From the IMG/VR virus record IMGVR_UViG_3300020122_000238, positions 62,001-126,000 of that record: 64,000 nt of DNA; one strand, given 5' to 3'. How positions within the stretch are numbered: the stretch's first letter is position 1; each line of letters opens with the position of its first letter. Below are positions 9,223 through 16,872 of this stretch, one piece after another. The translations under genes were made by a program, and so were the position numbers. A model generated the notes under the pieces. That model was given only the letters and a program-made list of their open reading frames with translations. It did not search any database and was not told the origin of the DNA.

Positions 9223-10956
9223 ATGCCGAAGAAGCCGAACGCCCCCCGCCCTGAAGAGACCTATTCTCTCTTCACCACTCAAGAACCCTTCAAAGCCACT
9301 TCGAAGCGTCTCGGTATCTCGCCGAACACGCTTCGTGGTTGGTGGATCGAGCACTTCGGGCAGGAAGCCTTTGAAGCTCGGGGAAAGCTTATTCAGGCGA
9401 AGGGGGCAGCTCTTTCAAATGAGAGCCGGGTGGGCAAAGCTCATCAAATCCGAGAAGTGGTTGTCCCCTGCTCTTCTTGTGGGGGCGATGTCACGGTCAA
9501 CCTTCTTCAGAAGGCCCGAAGCAAGACCATCGTGTGTGTCCCCTGTGAGGAGTCGTCACGAGGGGTCGACCAGCATTGCCCTGTCTGCGGGGTGGGCTGT
9601 GTTGGGGAGAAGGGGCTTGCTTCCCACATGGTCCGCCCGGAGAAGGGTGACGTGGCTGCTCATGCGCAGCACCTCTCGGCGCAAGAGGCGGCTCTGTGGG
9701 AGGGCAAGGAAGAGGGGCGAGACTTCGTGGTCTGTCGGCTCTGTGGGGTGAAGGAGACGACGCTGGGGCGGCATCTCAAGGCTGCCCATGGGGTCACGGC
9801 GGAACAGTACCGGATGCAGTTCCCTGGAATACGAATCGTCTCCGAGGGCATCACACAGAAGCGGTCGCAGAGCGTGACGAAGGCTCATCGGGATTACCCC
9901 CGGAAGACTTTCACGAGAATCGTTCGGAAGGCTCCTCGTGAAAAAGGTCCTCCCATGGCTCGGGAGGTCCGGGTCTCTTCTCTCAAGGGCCGGACCCTCT
10001 CTCCTGAAACTAGGGCGAAGATGTCCGCCAATGCCGGTCGATGGGCCAAGGGCCTCACCAAGGAAACTGATCCTCGGCTGGCAGCCATGGCAGAAAAAAG
10101 GATGGGGCAACCCTCCTGGTCGAAGGGGTTGACCAAGGCCAATCACCCGAGCCTTCAGCAGGCATCCGAGAAGCAGTCCGCCATTCGATTGGGGGTTCCG
10201 AATGATGCTGCCAGGCTCGACCTCAGCCCAGAGGTTTTTCTCCCCTACCTGGATGAGACAGGTGCGATCGACCGTCGGATGATGGCGGAGGAGCTGGATA
10301 TCTGCGAGCCGACCCTTACGAAGTACATGGAGCTGCATGGGCTCCGGCTGTCGACGAAGTACATGGCTGCGCGGATAGCCCGGGATACGGAGGCTGGCCG
10401 GTTCCATGAGATGAGCCGCAAGAGTGCGGAGTTGACGACCATTCGGCTCACCATTGAGCAGCTTGAGCCCTACAAGCTCAAGAACGGGAAGGTCTTCCTG
10501 GCTCGTGCAATGAGGGGGTTGGGGCACGTCTACCAGGTCATCAAGCGAGAGTGCGATCGTCACGGGATCCCCACGCACACGCATCTGGTGAAGCAAGCTC
10601 TCTGTCTTGAAGCCGTCGCGAAGGTTCTTGGGGGTGCTTCATACCATCAAGAATGGCGCTTCCGTAAATTCACGAATCCGGTGACAAACCACATGTTTCG
10701 GTTCGACGGGTACTTCCCCGATTTGAAACTCTTGGCGGAGTTTCAGGGCTACCATCACTACACGTTCCCCAACGTCTTCCACAAGGACGAGGCTGCCTAT
10801 GATGCCAGCGTGGAGCGGGACCGTCAGAAAGCTCTTCAGGTTCGAGCCTCGGGGGAGTTTAAGTTCCTCGTTGTCCGAGAAGACGAGCCGTACGCCGACG
10901 AAGGCTATCTTCGGGGCCGGCTCATCGACGAGGGTGTTCTGTCCCCTGGCAAGTGA
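9223..10956 (+). CDS. Putative free-standing homing endonuclease (Zn fingers, NUMOD3-like and WxKGLTK repeats, C-terminal Vsr/PD-(D/E)XK-like nuclease)
   Basis: CxxC/C2H2 motifs, KGRTLSPETRAKMS, WAKGLTKETD/WSKGLTKANH, FRFDGYFPDLKLLAEFQGYHHY. Confidence 0.75.
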   Translation: MPKKPNAPRPEETYSLFTTQEPFKATSKRLGISPNTLRGWWIEHFGQEAFEARGKLIQAKGAALSNESRVGKAHQIREVVVPCSSCGGDVTVNLLQKARSKTIVCVPCEESSRGVDQHCPVCGVGCVGEKGLASHMVRPEKGDVAAHAQHLSAQEAALWEGKEEGRDFVVCRLCGVKETTLGRHLKAAHGVTAEQYRMQFPGIRIVSEGITQKRSQSVTKAHRDYPRKTFTRIVRKAPREKGPPMAREVRVSSLKGRTLSPETRAKMSANAGRWAKGLTKETDPRLAAMAEKRMGQPSWSKGLTKANHPSLQQASEKQSAIRLGVPNDAARLDLSPEVFLPYLDETGAIDRRMMAEELDICEPTLTKYMELHGLRLSTKYMAARIARDTEAGRFHEMSRKSAELTTIRLTIEQLEPYKLKNGKVFLARAMRGLGHVYQVIKRECDRHGIPTHTHLVKQALCLEAVAKVLGGASYHQEWRFRKFTNPVTNHMFRFDGYFPDLKLLAEFQGYHHYTFPNVFHKDEAAYDASVERDRQKALQVRASGEFKFLVVREDEPYADEGYLRGRLIDEGVLSPGK

Positions 10957-10978
10957 CGGAGCTGGTGTAGAGTCCCCC

Positions 10979-11701
10979 ATGACGACCCGACGCAACTTCA
11001 TCTCTGCTCTCGCCGGCTTACCCATCGTTGGGCTGGCGCTCCACACCACTGAAGCTTCCGAAGCAGCACCCAGCCGGTTGCTCTCCCACTGGAAGAAGGT
11101 CCCTTTCAACCCCGAGCGGCCCTACCTCGTTGAACAGTGGGTTCGTGAGCGAGGTGGGAAACAACTTGCTACGCAAGTCTCTCCAGCGGCTGACTTGGAC
11201 GCCAACTTGAACGTTCTTCGACGTGGTTGGGGATGGTGGGTTCAGATGGCTGTAGAGGGAGATCCCGAAGAACAAGCTGGCGAGCCCTACGCGAAACGGG
11301 GTCATCGTCGCGTGACCCCCCAACTGAGTGTTGACATGGGCCAGCCTGATGTCAGCGGAGGGCATTGTTACGCCACCCGCGAAGAGGCTCAGGATGTCGC
11401 TGATGCTTGCTTGAGGGGCATCGGGTGGGATCTGGAAACGGGAAAGCCCTCTGGATACGGAAACGGTATCAATTGTGCCCTTTCGTTTTCCGATGAGTTT
11501 ACTTCGAGGCAACATCGGACATCGGACATTGGGCTGACTCATCCTGAGACTCCCTTGTGGGAAAGGAAGTGTTCGGTGTGTGGGTGTGCCCTGTCCGCGA
11601 CATGTTGGATCAATCCGAATTGGGTCCTCGCCAATAGGACCCATTGTGGTCTGGGCACGGATTGGAAGTACGCGGGCGTCCGTAGTTCCGACTTGGTGTA
11701 A
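10979..11701 (+). CDS. Hypothetical protein with twin-arginine (Tat) signal-like N-terminus
   Basis: MTTRRNFISALAGLPIVGLAL...ASEA; start at 10979 follows TGGTGTA motif by 9 nt. Confidence 0.6.
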   Translation: MTTRRNFISALAGLPIVGLALHTTEASEAAPSRLLSHWKKVPFNPERPYLVEQWVRERGGKQLATQVSPAADLDANLNVLRRGWGWWVQMAVEGDPEEQAGEPYAKRGHRRVTPQLSVDMGQPDVSGGHCYATREEAQDVADACLRGIGWDLETGKPSGYGNGINCALSFSDEFTSRQHRTSDIGLTHPETPLWERKCSVCGCALSATCWINPNWVLANRTHCGLGTDWKYAGVRSSDLV

Positions 11702-11757
11702 GCCGGCGTACTTCCCCCTCGGTGTAGTTTCTATTCGTGCCCATATCCGAGGCACGA

Positions 11758-12390
11758 ATGGATAAGATCGCTTCCCCCCGACAGTTCATCGCCGCAGTGC
11801 AAGGTCTCCTCGACTACGCACACTCCGCGGGCCCTTCTCGCGAAGTCATGGCAGCTCGTCTCGCAGACCTCGCGAACCGAGTGGCGGGTCGAATGCTCGT
11901 CGCGAGTCACACCCCTCTCTACGGGCACGACAGCGAGGCAAATGCCTACGTGGTCGACGATTACCCGTACGGGTTCAAGCTGCGCACCAAGATCCGGTAT
12001 TGGCTGGAGATGAAGCCTGGCAAGGGGTTTCGATTCATGAGCCAGACGCTCAACCCCAAGACTCAGCGCTGGAATGCGGCCAAGAAAGAGACCTACGTTT
12101 CGATCGCAGCGTCCATGTACCTGAACGAAAAAGAGCACGTTGACTGGGACGTACTCACCGAATACTCGAAGCCGAGCGAAGCTTTGGAATTCGTCAAGAA
12201 GTACCCCCAAGCAGACCTGTCCATCCTCAAGAGGTGGACGAAGGCCAAGCTTCAACACCTCGAAGAGATGATCTCGGGGAAGCGGTACATGACGATGAAT
12301 GGGGAGAAGGTCGTCAACACTGAGGAGGACGTCGGTCGGATGACGGATGACCTCAAGCAGTGGGGTGACGTGGCAACCCATCTGCACTGA
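11758..12390 (+). CDS. Hypothetical protein with MDKIAS...RVA N-terminal leader and YVVDDYPYGF domain
   Basis: GAGG SD before ATG 11758; late-type motif TAGTTTCTATTC upstream. Confidence 0.75.
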   Translation: MDKIASPRQFIAAVQGLLDYAHSAGPSREVMAARLADLANRVAGRMLVASHTPLYGHDSEANAYVVDDYPYGFKLRTKIRYWLEMKPGKGFRFMSQTLNPKTQRWNAAKKETYVSIAASMYLNEKEHVDWDVLTEYSKPSEALEFVKKYPQADLSILKRWTKAKLQHLEEMISGKRYMTMNGEKVVNTEEDVGRMTDDLKQWGDVATHLH

Positions 12391-12396
12391 GCTGTA

Positions 12397-12699
12397 TCAC
12401 ATGGCGTAGAATTCGAGACGGCCATCTCGTTCTTGAGCCATCCTCCAAGCCTGTCCCAATCTCCGACGCTCGCCCTTCACCCATGCCCAGGCTTCTTGCA
12501 CCACATATACATTGGTGCTCTTCAGGTCGCGCTCTGCCTGTTTCCTGACCCACGCGAGGTAGTCCTTGGCGATGTCCTGCCAAGGGCGGCCAGAGTAGCC
12601 AAGAAGCTCATACGTGACGACTGAGGGGGTCTGCACAAGGTCAACTTCCCACAACGTGAGGGAACCTACCTTGACGAAACAGTGGAGGTTCATCGACAT
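12397..12699 (-). CDS. Hypothetical protein
   Basis: 100-aa ORF filling the gap, convergent with 11758..12390. Confidence 0.6.
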   Translation of the reverse strand: MSMNLHCFVKVGSLTLWEVDLVQTPSVVTYELLGYSGRPWQDIAKDYLAWVRKQAERDLKSTNVYVVQEAWAWVKGERRRLGQAWRMAQERDGRLEFYAM

Positions 12700-12710
12700 G
12701 GTATGCTCTT

Positions 12711-12730
12711 GTGTCCACTATTGTGGACAC
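12711..12730. promoter_or_regulatory. Perfect inverted repeat GTGTCCAC-TATT-GTGGACAC between divergent genes (operator-like)
   Basis: 8-bp arms, 4-nt spacer, intergenic. Confidence 0.45.
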
Positions 12731-12760
12731 TCGATTTCTATCTATTGTGGTTGCACGTAT

Positions 12761-13300
12761 ATGCGTCATTACGAATACGACCGTCGAGTTGCTTCCACAT
12801 ACCTGTACGATCGGACGGCATCGAGTGTCCGTGAGGTCTATCAAGAGACTTCTGGACAGAGGAACTTCTTCGTGGACGGGAAGAAGGTTGGCAACCCCAA
12901 AGATCCTATTGCCAATTGGAAAATCTCTACAAAAGCAAGCAAAGTTCCTGGGGGCGCCAAGTTTATGGCGTTGTGGCCGGAGTCTTCGGGAGCTGCGCAA
13001 GCTCTCTTGAAGAGTCGTGATTGCTCGTTGATTCTTCTGTCCGATAATGCCTTCAAGCATTACGGGTTTAATGGGTGGGTGCAATTTAAAGAAGTGGCGG
13101 GGTCATGGACTGCCAGGTACTACATGGCACGATCCAAAGAGAAGGAATTGCAGGGGTTTGAAGCAGCCTTTCTTCAGAGCCCTGGCGATGATGACGTCGT
13201 CAAGTTCAATAGGGATTGCCCTGAGCCCTATATTGTTATCTTGGACCCTTCTTGGGTGTCCAGTATCGCCTCCAGCCTCAATGCGAAGGCGTGGTACTGA
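12761..13300 (+). CDS. Hypothetical protein with N-terminal YDRRVA/YDRTA motifs
   Basis: ATG 12761 after GATTTCTATCTATT motif; AT-richer body. Confidence 0.65.
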   Translation: MRHYEYDRRVASTYLYDRTASSVREVYQETSGQRNFFVDGKKVGNPKDPIANWKISTKASKVPGGAKFMALWPESSGAAQALLKSRDCSLILLSDNAFKHYGFNGWVQFKEVAGSWTARYYMARSKEKELQGFEAAFLQSPGDDDVVKFNRDCPEPYIVILDPSWVSSIASSLNAKAWY

Positions 13301-13546
13301 TTAGCTCTTTCTTTTCAGAATCTCCCTCAAGGACTCCCGCTCCTCGGGGGTGAGCGGAGGGAATTCCACTAATCCCATCCTTCGATGCATTTTCTTGATC
13401 CGCGGGTCGTCTGCGGATCGGCCAGCAGCCCGCATCATCCAGCACCTCATTGCCAGGACGGCGAACCCAGGGGCAAGCCTTTGGGCACGGCGGCGTCTGT
13501 GTTGACGTCCTCCGATGCCATTTCGAGGAGAGACGGGGATGCTCAT
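13301..13546 (-). CDS. Small basic hypothetical protein
   Basis: 81-aa ORF; ATGA overlap with upstream 31-codon ORF 13543..13638(-), which follows a minus-strand GGTGTA at 13661-13666. Confidence 0.45.
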   Translation of the reverse strand: MSIPVSPRNGIGGRQHRRRRAQRLAPGFAVLAMRCWMMRAAGRSADDPRIKKMHRRMGLVEFPPLTPEERESLREILKRKS

Positions 13547-13779
13547 CGGCGATGCCTCGAAGCATTGGCCGCGGGACGGCTAACGCAAGCGAAGTCACCA
13601 TCAGCGCGTGGGATTTCTTTGGCGTTGGGTTTGATCATGGGGTATGCCTCGTGAAGAACCTACACCCAAAAGGGGCCCGCGATCAACCGCGCCCAGAAAT
13701 CGACCCCATGGCGAAAAGCTTGGTGTAAGGGGCTCGGGTCATCAGCATCAGCAAATCGAATCAGAAGAGGGTTTCCATC

Positions 13780-14514
13780 ATGGGCAAGCTTTGCCAGATC
13801 ATCGCGGTCGAAAAGGGTCTCAAGTCGAAGGCGTACGACGAGCTGAAGACCTACCACAAGGAGCTGAAGAAGCCGGCGCAGCTCGAAGGGTTCTCGCGGA
13901 CTTACGCGCCCTTCTCGGACACGCAGGAAGAGCGGCTTCCGCCGGAGCTGAAGCACGTCCAGCTCAAGGCCGCGGATGCCATCGAGCACACGGTGAAGGT
14001 CCTCACGGAGGCCTTCGACATCACGGCCACGAAGGAGTGGGGCAACACCATTGCGCGGGCGGACATCATCGTGGATGGCAAGCTTCTCCTTGCGGATGTC
14101 CCCGTCGGCGTGCTTCTCTTTCTGGAGCACCAGCTCGACGACCTCACCACGTTCATCGGCTCGCTCCCGACCCTCGACCCGGCCGAGTCGTGGACATATG
14201 ACGAGAACCAGGCCTGCTTCGCCACGGCCCCGGCCACCACGCAGCGGACGCGGAAGACGCCCACTGTCATCACGAAGGCGGAGCCCACCCAGTTCCACCC
14301 GGCCCAGACCGAGATTTTCATGGAGGACAAGGCGATCGGCCAGTTCACCGTCGTCAAGCGCTCGGGGGCCCTCACGGCGACGCGGGTCAACGTGCTGAAG
14401 GACCGCGTCACGAAGCTCCGGATCGCCGTGAAGTTCGCGCGTGAGGAAGCCAACACCATCGAGGTTGAGAACCGTCACATCGGGGCGACGATTCTCAACA
14501 ATCTCTTCGCATAA
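13780..14514 (+). CDS. Uncharacterised 244-aa protein (MGKLCQIIAVEKG...AVKFAREEAN; recalled as DUF7873-like, unverified), candidate partner of the downstream ncRNA
   Basis: Very strong GC3 codon bias, SD AGAGG, TGGTGTA motif at 13721-13727; sequence resembles a widespread bacterial/phage family of unknown function. Confidence 0.8.
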   Translation: MGKLCQIIAVEKGLKSKAYDELKTYHKELKKPAQLEGFSRTYAPFSDTQEERLPPELKHVQLKAADAIEHTVKVLTEAFDITATKEWGNTIARADIIVDGKLLLADVPVGVLLFLEHQLDDLTTFIGSLPTLDPAESWTYDENQACFATAPATTQRTRKTPTVITKAEPTQFHPAQTEIFMEDKAIGQFTVVKRSGALTATRVNVLKDRVTKLRIAVKFAREEANTIEVENRHIGATILNNLFA

Positions 14515-14540
14515 CGTCGAGATCTGGTGTACTAAATATT

Positions 14541-14975
14541 TGAGTGCAGTCTCAGAGTAAGAGTCAGCTTCAGTAACTCTCTCTCCGAAAAGGGCAGGTT
14601 CGATTCCTGCCCCCCCTACCAAGCCGTCCAGTATCCGATTGTGGCTCCTTTGTTGGAGCTTTGCAATTGCACGGGACGGCTTGGTAGGGGGGTAGCCCAG
14701 ATGGCAGAGGCATAGGCGAGGGGCCCGATTCTTCTTCTCACTCCAGACTCAGCAGAACCGATACGACATCAATCTAAGGGTCAGGTCAATACGCCAAAAC
14801 GCTGGTTCAAATCCAGCCCTCCCAGCAGGGCGCTCGTACATTGGTCGAGCTTCGTGCTGGGAGGTGGTCTAGCGGTAGGACGTGGTGTCTAAGCTTGAAT
14901 CTGATCCAACGCTGTGGTGCCGTGTAAAAAGCGGAACTAGAGGACCCCCTAGAAGGCTATCTTGGGGGTCTTCGT
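14541..14975 (+). ncRNA. Structured ncRNA with two tandem circularly permuted tRNA-like (YrlA/Y-RNA-like) domains
   Basis: T-arms GCAGG-TTCGATT-CCTGC 14594-14610 and GCTGG-TTCAAAT-CCAGC 14801-14817, each followed by a loop-closed acceptor stem (19 bp and 10 bp) and then a D-arm (14693-14712, 14865-14881); own TGGTGTA motif at 14525-14531 and downstream hairpin. Confidence 0.8.
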
Positions 14976-14981
14976 CTATTT
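14940..14981 (+). terminator. Putative intrinsic terminator of the ncRNA
   Basis: GAGGACCCCC 14940-14949 pairs with GGGGGTCTTC 14964-14973, followed by GTCTATTT (weak U tract). Confidence 0.55.
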
Positions 14982-15003
14982 GGGGGTCTTCGTCTATTTG
15001 GGG
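14962..15003 (+). repeat. 18-bp tandem duplication TTGGGGGTCTTCGTCTAT x2.3
   Basis: Exact copies 14962-14979 and 14980-14997, plus partial copy. Confidence 0.9.
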
Positions 15004-15035
15004 TGTGTGATTTTGATCATGGTGTAATAACCCCC

Positions 15036-15647
15036 ATGGCGAACTACAGCTACATCGATCTCCTTGGCGAGCTGACGGAAGAGGCCTTCGAGGCGGCCCT
15101 CACGGCTGCGGCTGCTCGGACGTTGAACCCGGACTGGAAAGTCGAGCGAGCATCCTTCGAGGATGGGGGTCCCGTCTGGATGGTTACTCTCCCGGGCACG
15201 GCTCCGGAGCCCACGGAAGAGACTCGCAAGCTCCCTTTCTTCTGCCAGGATGAGGATGTGGGGTTCATGGTAGCGCTCCAGCCCAGCCGGGTGGCCTTCC
15301 GCCATGGACCGATCACCCCGTTTGAACGGTGGGCGCAGGGTCGCATCGAGGAAGAGCTGGCAGACTTCTTCAACGTCGGCGTGTTCTACGATGCGACCGA
15401 CAGGATTGCTCCGCCGGGGACTCGGGAATACCGAACGGGGACGACATACGAGGACTATGTGTTCCGTAAGTGGACGCCGACCCCTGCCGAGCTGGAGTCA
15501 GTGAAACACGACTTCGAGAGATGGATCCCCAAAGGACAATCCAGGGAGGATCGTGTTCGCAAGTTCCAGAAAATGGTCCAGGGGTTGCCTGATGTCCCCG
15601 TTGTGGACATTTTCGAGAGGCCTGGTGTAAGGGAAGACCATGACTGA
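15036..15647 (+). CDS. Hypothetical protein
   Basis: ATG 15036 lies 9 nt after TGGTGTA. Confidence 0.7.
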   Translation: MANYSYIDLLGELTEEAFEAALTAAAARTLNPDWKVERASFEDGGPVWMVTLPGTAPEPTEETRKLPFFCQDEDVGFMVALQPSRVAFRHGPITPFERWAQGRIEEELADFFNVGVFYDATDRIAPPGTREYRTGTTYEDYVFRKWTPTPAELESVKHDFERWIPKGQSREDRVRKFQKMVQGLPDVPVVDIFERPGVREDHD

Positions 15648-15996
15648 CCTCGCAACCACCTCGATGCACCAATTTGCCATCATGGGCAAGGCGGGCGACA
15701 CCAAGCATTCGTGGGACCCGACCAACCCGGAAGAGGTCGAGACCGCTCGGGCGCTCTTCGTCGACCTGACGGGCAAGGGCTACCTCGCCTTCCGTCTCGT
15801 GAGCTTCACGAAGGACGAGAAGAAGATGGTCCGCAAGGGGGAAGAGCTGGAGGACTTCGACGCTGCCGCCGGTCGTATGCGGTTCGTCAAGCCGAAGAAC
15901 GCCGAAGAGGTCCCGGCGACCGAGGGCGAGCAGATCAATGAGTTCGACGCCACGGCTCCCCAGGTTCTCCTCGTTCCGCCGATGCAGGGGGGTTAA
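15640..15996 (+). CDS. Small protein ending in di-glycine (...LLVPPMQGG), possible ubiquitin-like modifier
   Basis: 118 aa, strong codon bias, C-terminal GG; internal duplication GEELEDFDAAA / GEQINEFDATA. Confidence 0.7.
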   Translation: MTDLATTSMHQFAIMGKAGDTKHSWDPTNPEEVETARALFVDLTGKGYLAFRLVSFTKDEKKMVRKGEELEDFDAAAGRMRFVKPKNAEEVPATEGEQINEFDATAPQVLLVPPMQGG

Positions 15997-16001
15997 TAAG
16001 G

Positions 16002-16844
16002 ATGATCACCTCCCTCTTGATTCATTATTTGGGGGATGGGGAGATTCCGATCTACGACACAGAGGTCGGAGGGCAATACTTCACCCTCAACTACAATGAC
16101 GAGGATCCCCCCACATCTCACTGGGAGCCTCGAAGAGCACATTCAGCTCGCGTTATCATCCCCCTCAGCGTAGACCTCACCGTACGATATCTCGCGGGAC
16201 TTCTGCCGGATTGGCTTCTCGGCCTTGATGACTTAGGGGTGGACGGGAGCCTCATTTTCTCTATCCGCTCTCTCTGCGACTTGCCGCCTTTTGGGCTGTG
16301 GACTTGTTCTGGCTTGGGCTTTTTGCCTGGGAATAACTGCCGAAACGCCTATCCTCTTGATGGGTCACGAGCTGAAGATCTGATCCTCCATGTGTGCAGG
16401 GAACCTCGGGGTGAGAACTTCAATGGCTTGCACCCTGTGATTCGAGCCATGTTCGCAGATCGGATCGCAAACCGTGAGGCTCTGGAGCTGGAGAGACAAC
16501 AGGAGACCGAAGCTCTCGCCAAATCTCGGGTTCTCCTGGAGCAGTTCCTCACGGATGATCAACAGGAAGAGCTGACGATGACGGGAGCATTCCACGTTCG
16601 AGGGGAAGACAGAAGGATCTACCGGGTTCGGAAGGGGTACGCCCACAACGTGGACTTGATCGAGAATGGGGAGCCTACGCGGAGGTATTGCATCATCTCT
16701 AAGGAGTCGATGCCTATCTACGACCAGATGCTCGGACAGAAGCTTCTCCTGGAGAAGAACGTGGGTGAGTTCTTGAGGCTCGCGAACTTCACGGATCGTG
16801 CTCCTGCACAGGGCGCATGGTTGGCACATCAGGCTGATCTTTGA
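16002..16844 (+). CDS. Hypothetical protein, putative partner of the GG protein (C-terminal RRYCI...PIYDQMLGQKLLL domain)
   Basis: 280-aa ORF 5 nt downstream of the GG protein. Confidence 0.7.
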   Translation: MITSLLIHYLGDGEIPIYDTEVGGQYFTLNYNDEDPPTSHWEPRRAHSARVIIPLSVDLTVRYLAGLLPDWLLGLDDLGVDGSLIFSIRSLCDLPPFGLWTCSGLGFLPGNNCRNAYPLDGSRAEDLILHVCREPRGENFNGLHPVIRAMFADRIANREALELERQQETEALAKSRVLLEQFLTDDQQEELTMTGAFHVRGEDRRIYRVRKGYAHNVDLIENGEPTRRYCIISKESMPIYDQMLGQKLLLEKNVGEFLRLANFTDRAPAQGAWLAHQADL

Positions 16845-16872
16845 TGTAGTTTCTATCCCCTGAGCAGGATGT

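Noticed and set aside
14594-14881. Conventional tRNA genes
   Set aside because: T-arms precede D-arms within each paired unit and there is no anticodon arm; acceptor strands of domain 1 and domain 2 do not cross-pair to give a normal or intron-containing tRNA.
14594-14930. Permuted two-piece tmRNA
   Set aside because: No G3:U70 alanine identity pair, full D-stems are present, there are two tRNA-like domains, and no tag reading frame ending in AA was found.
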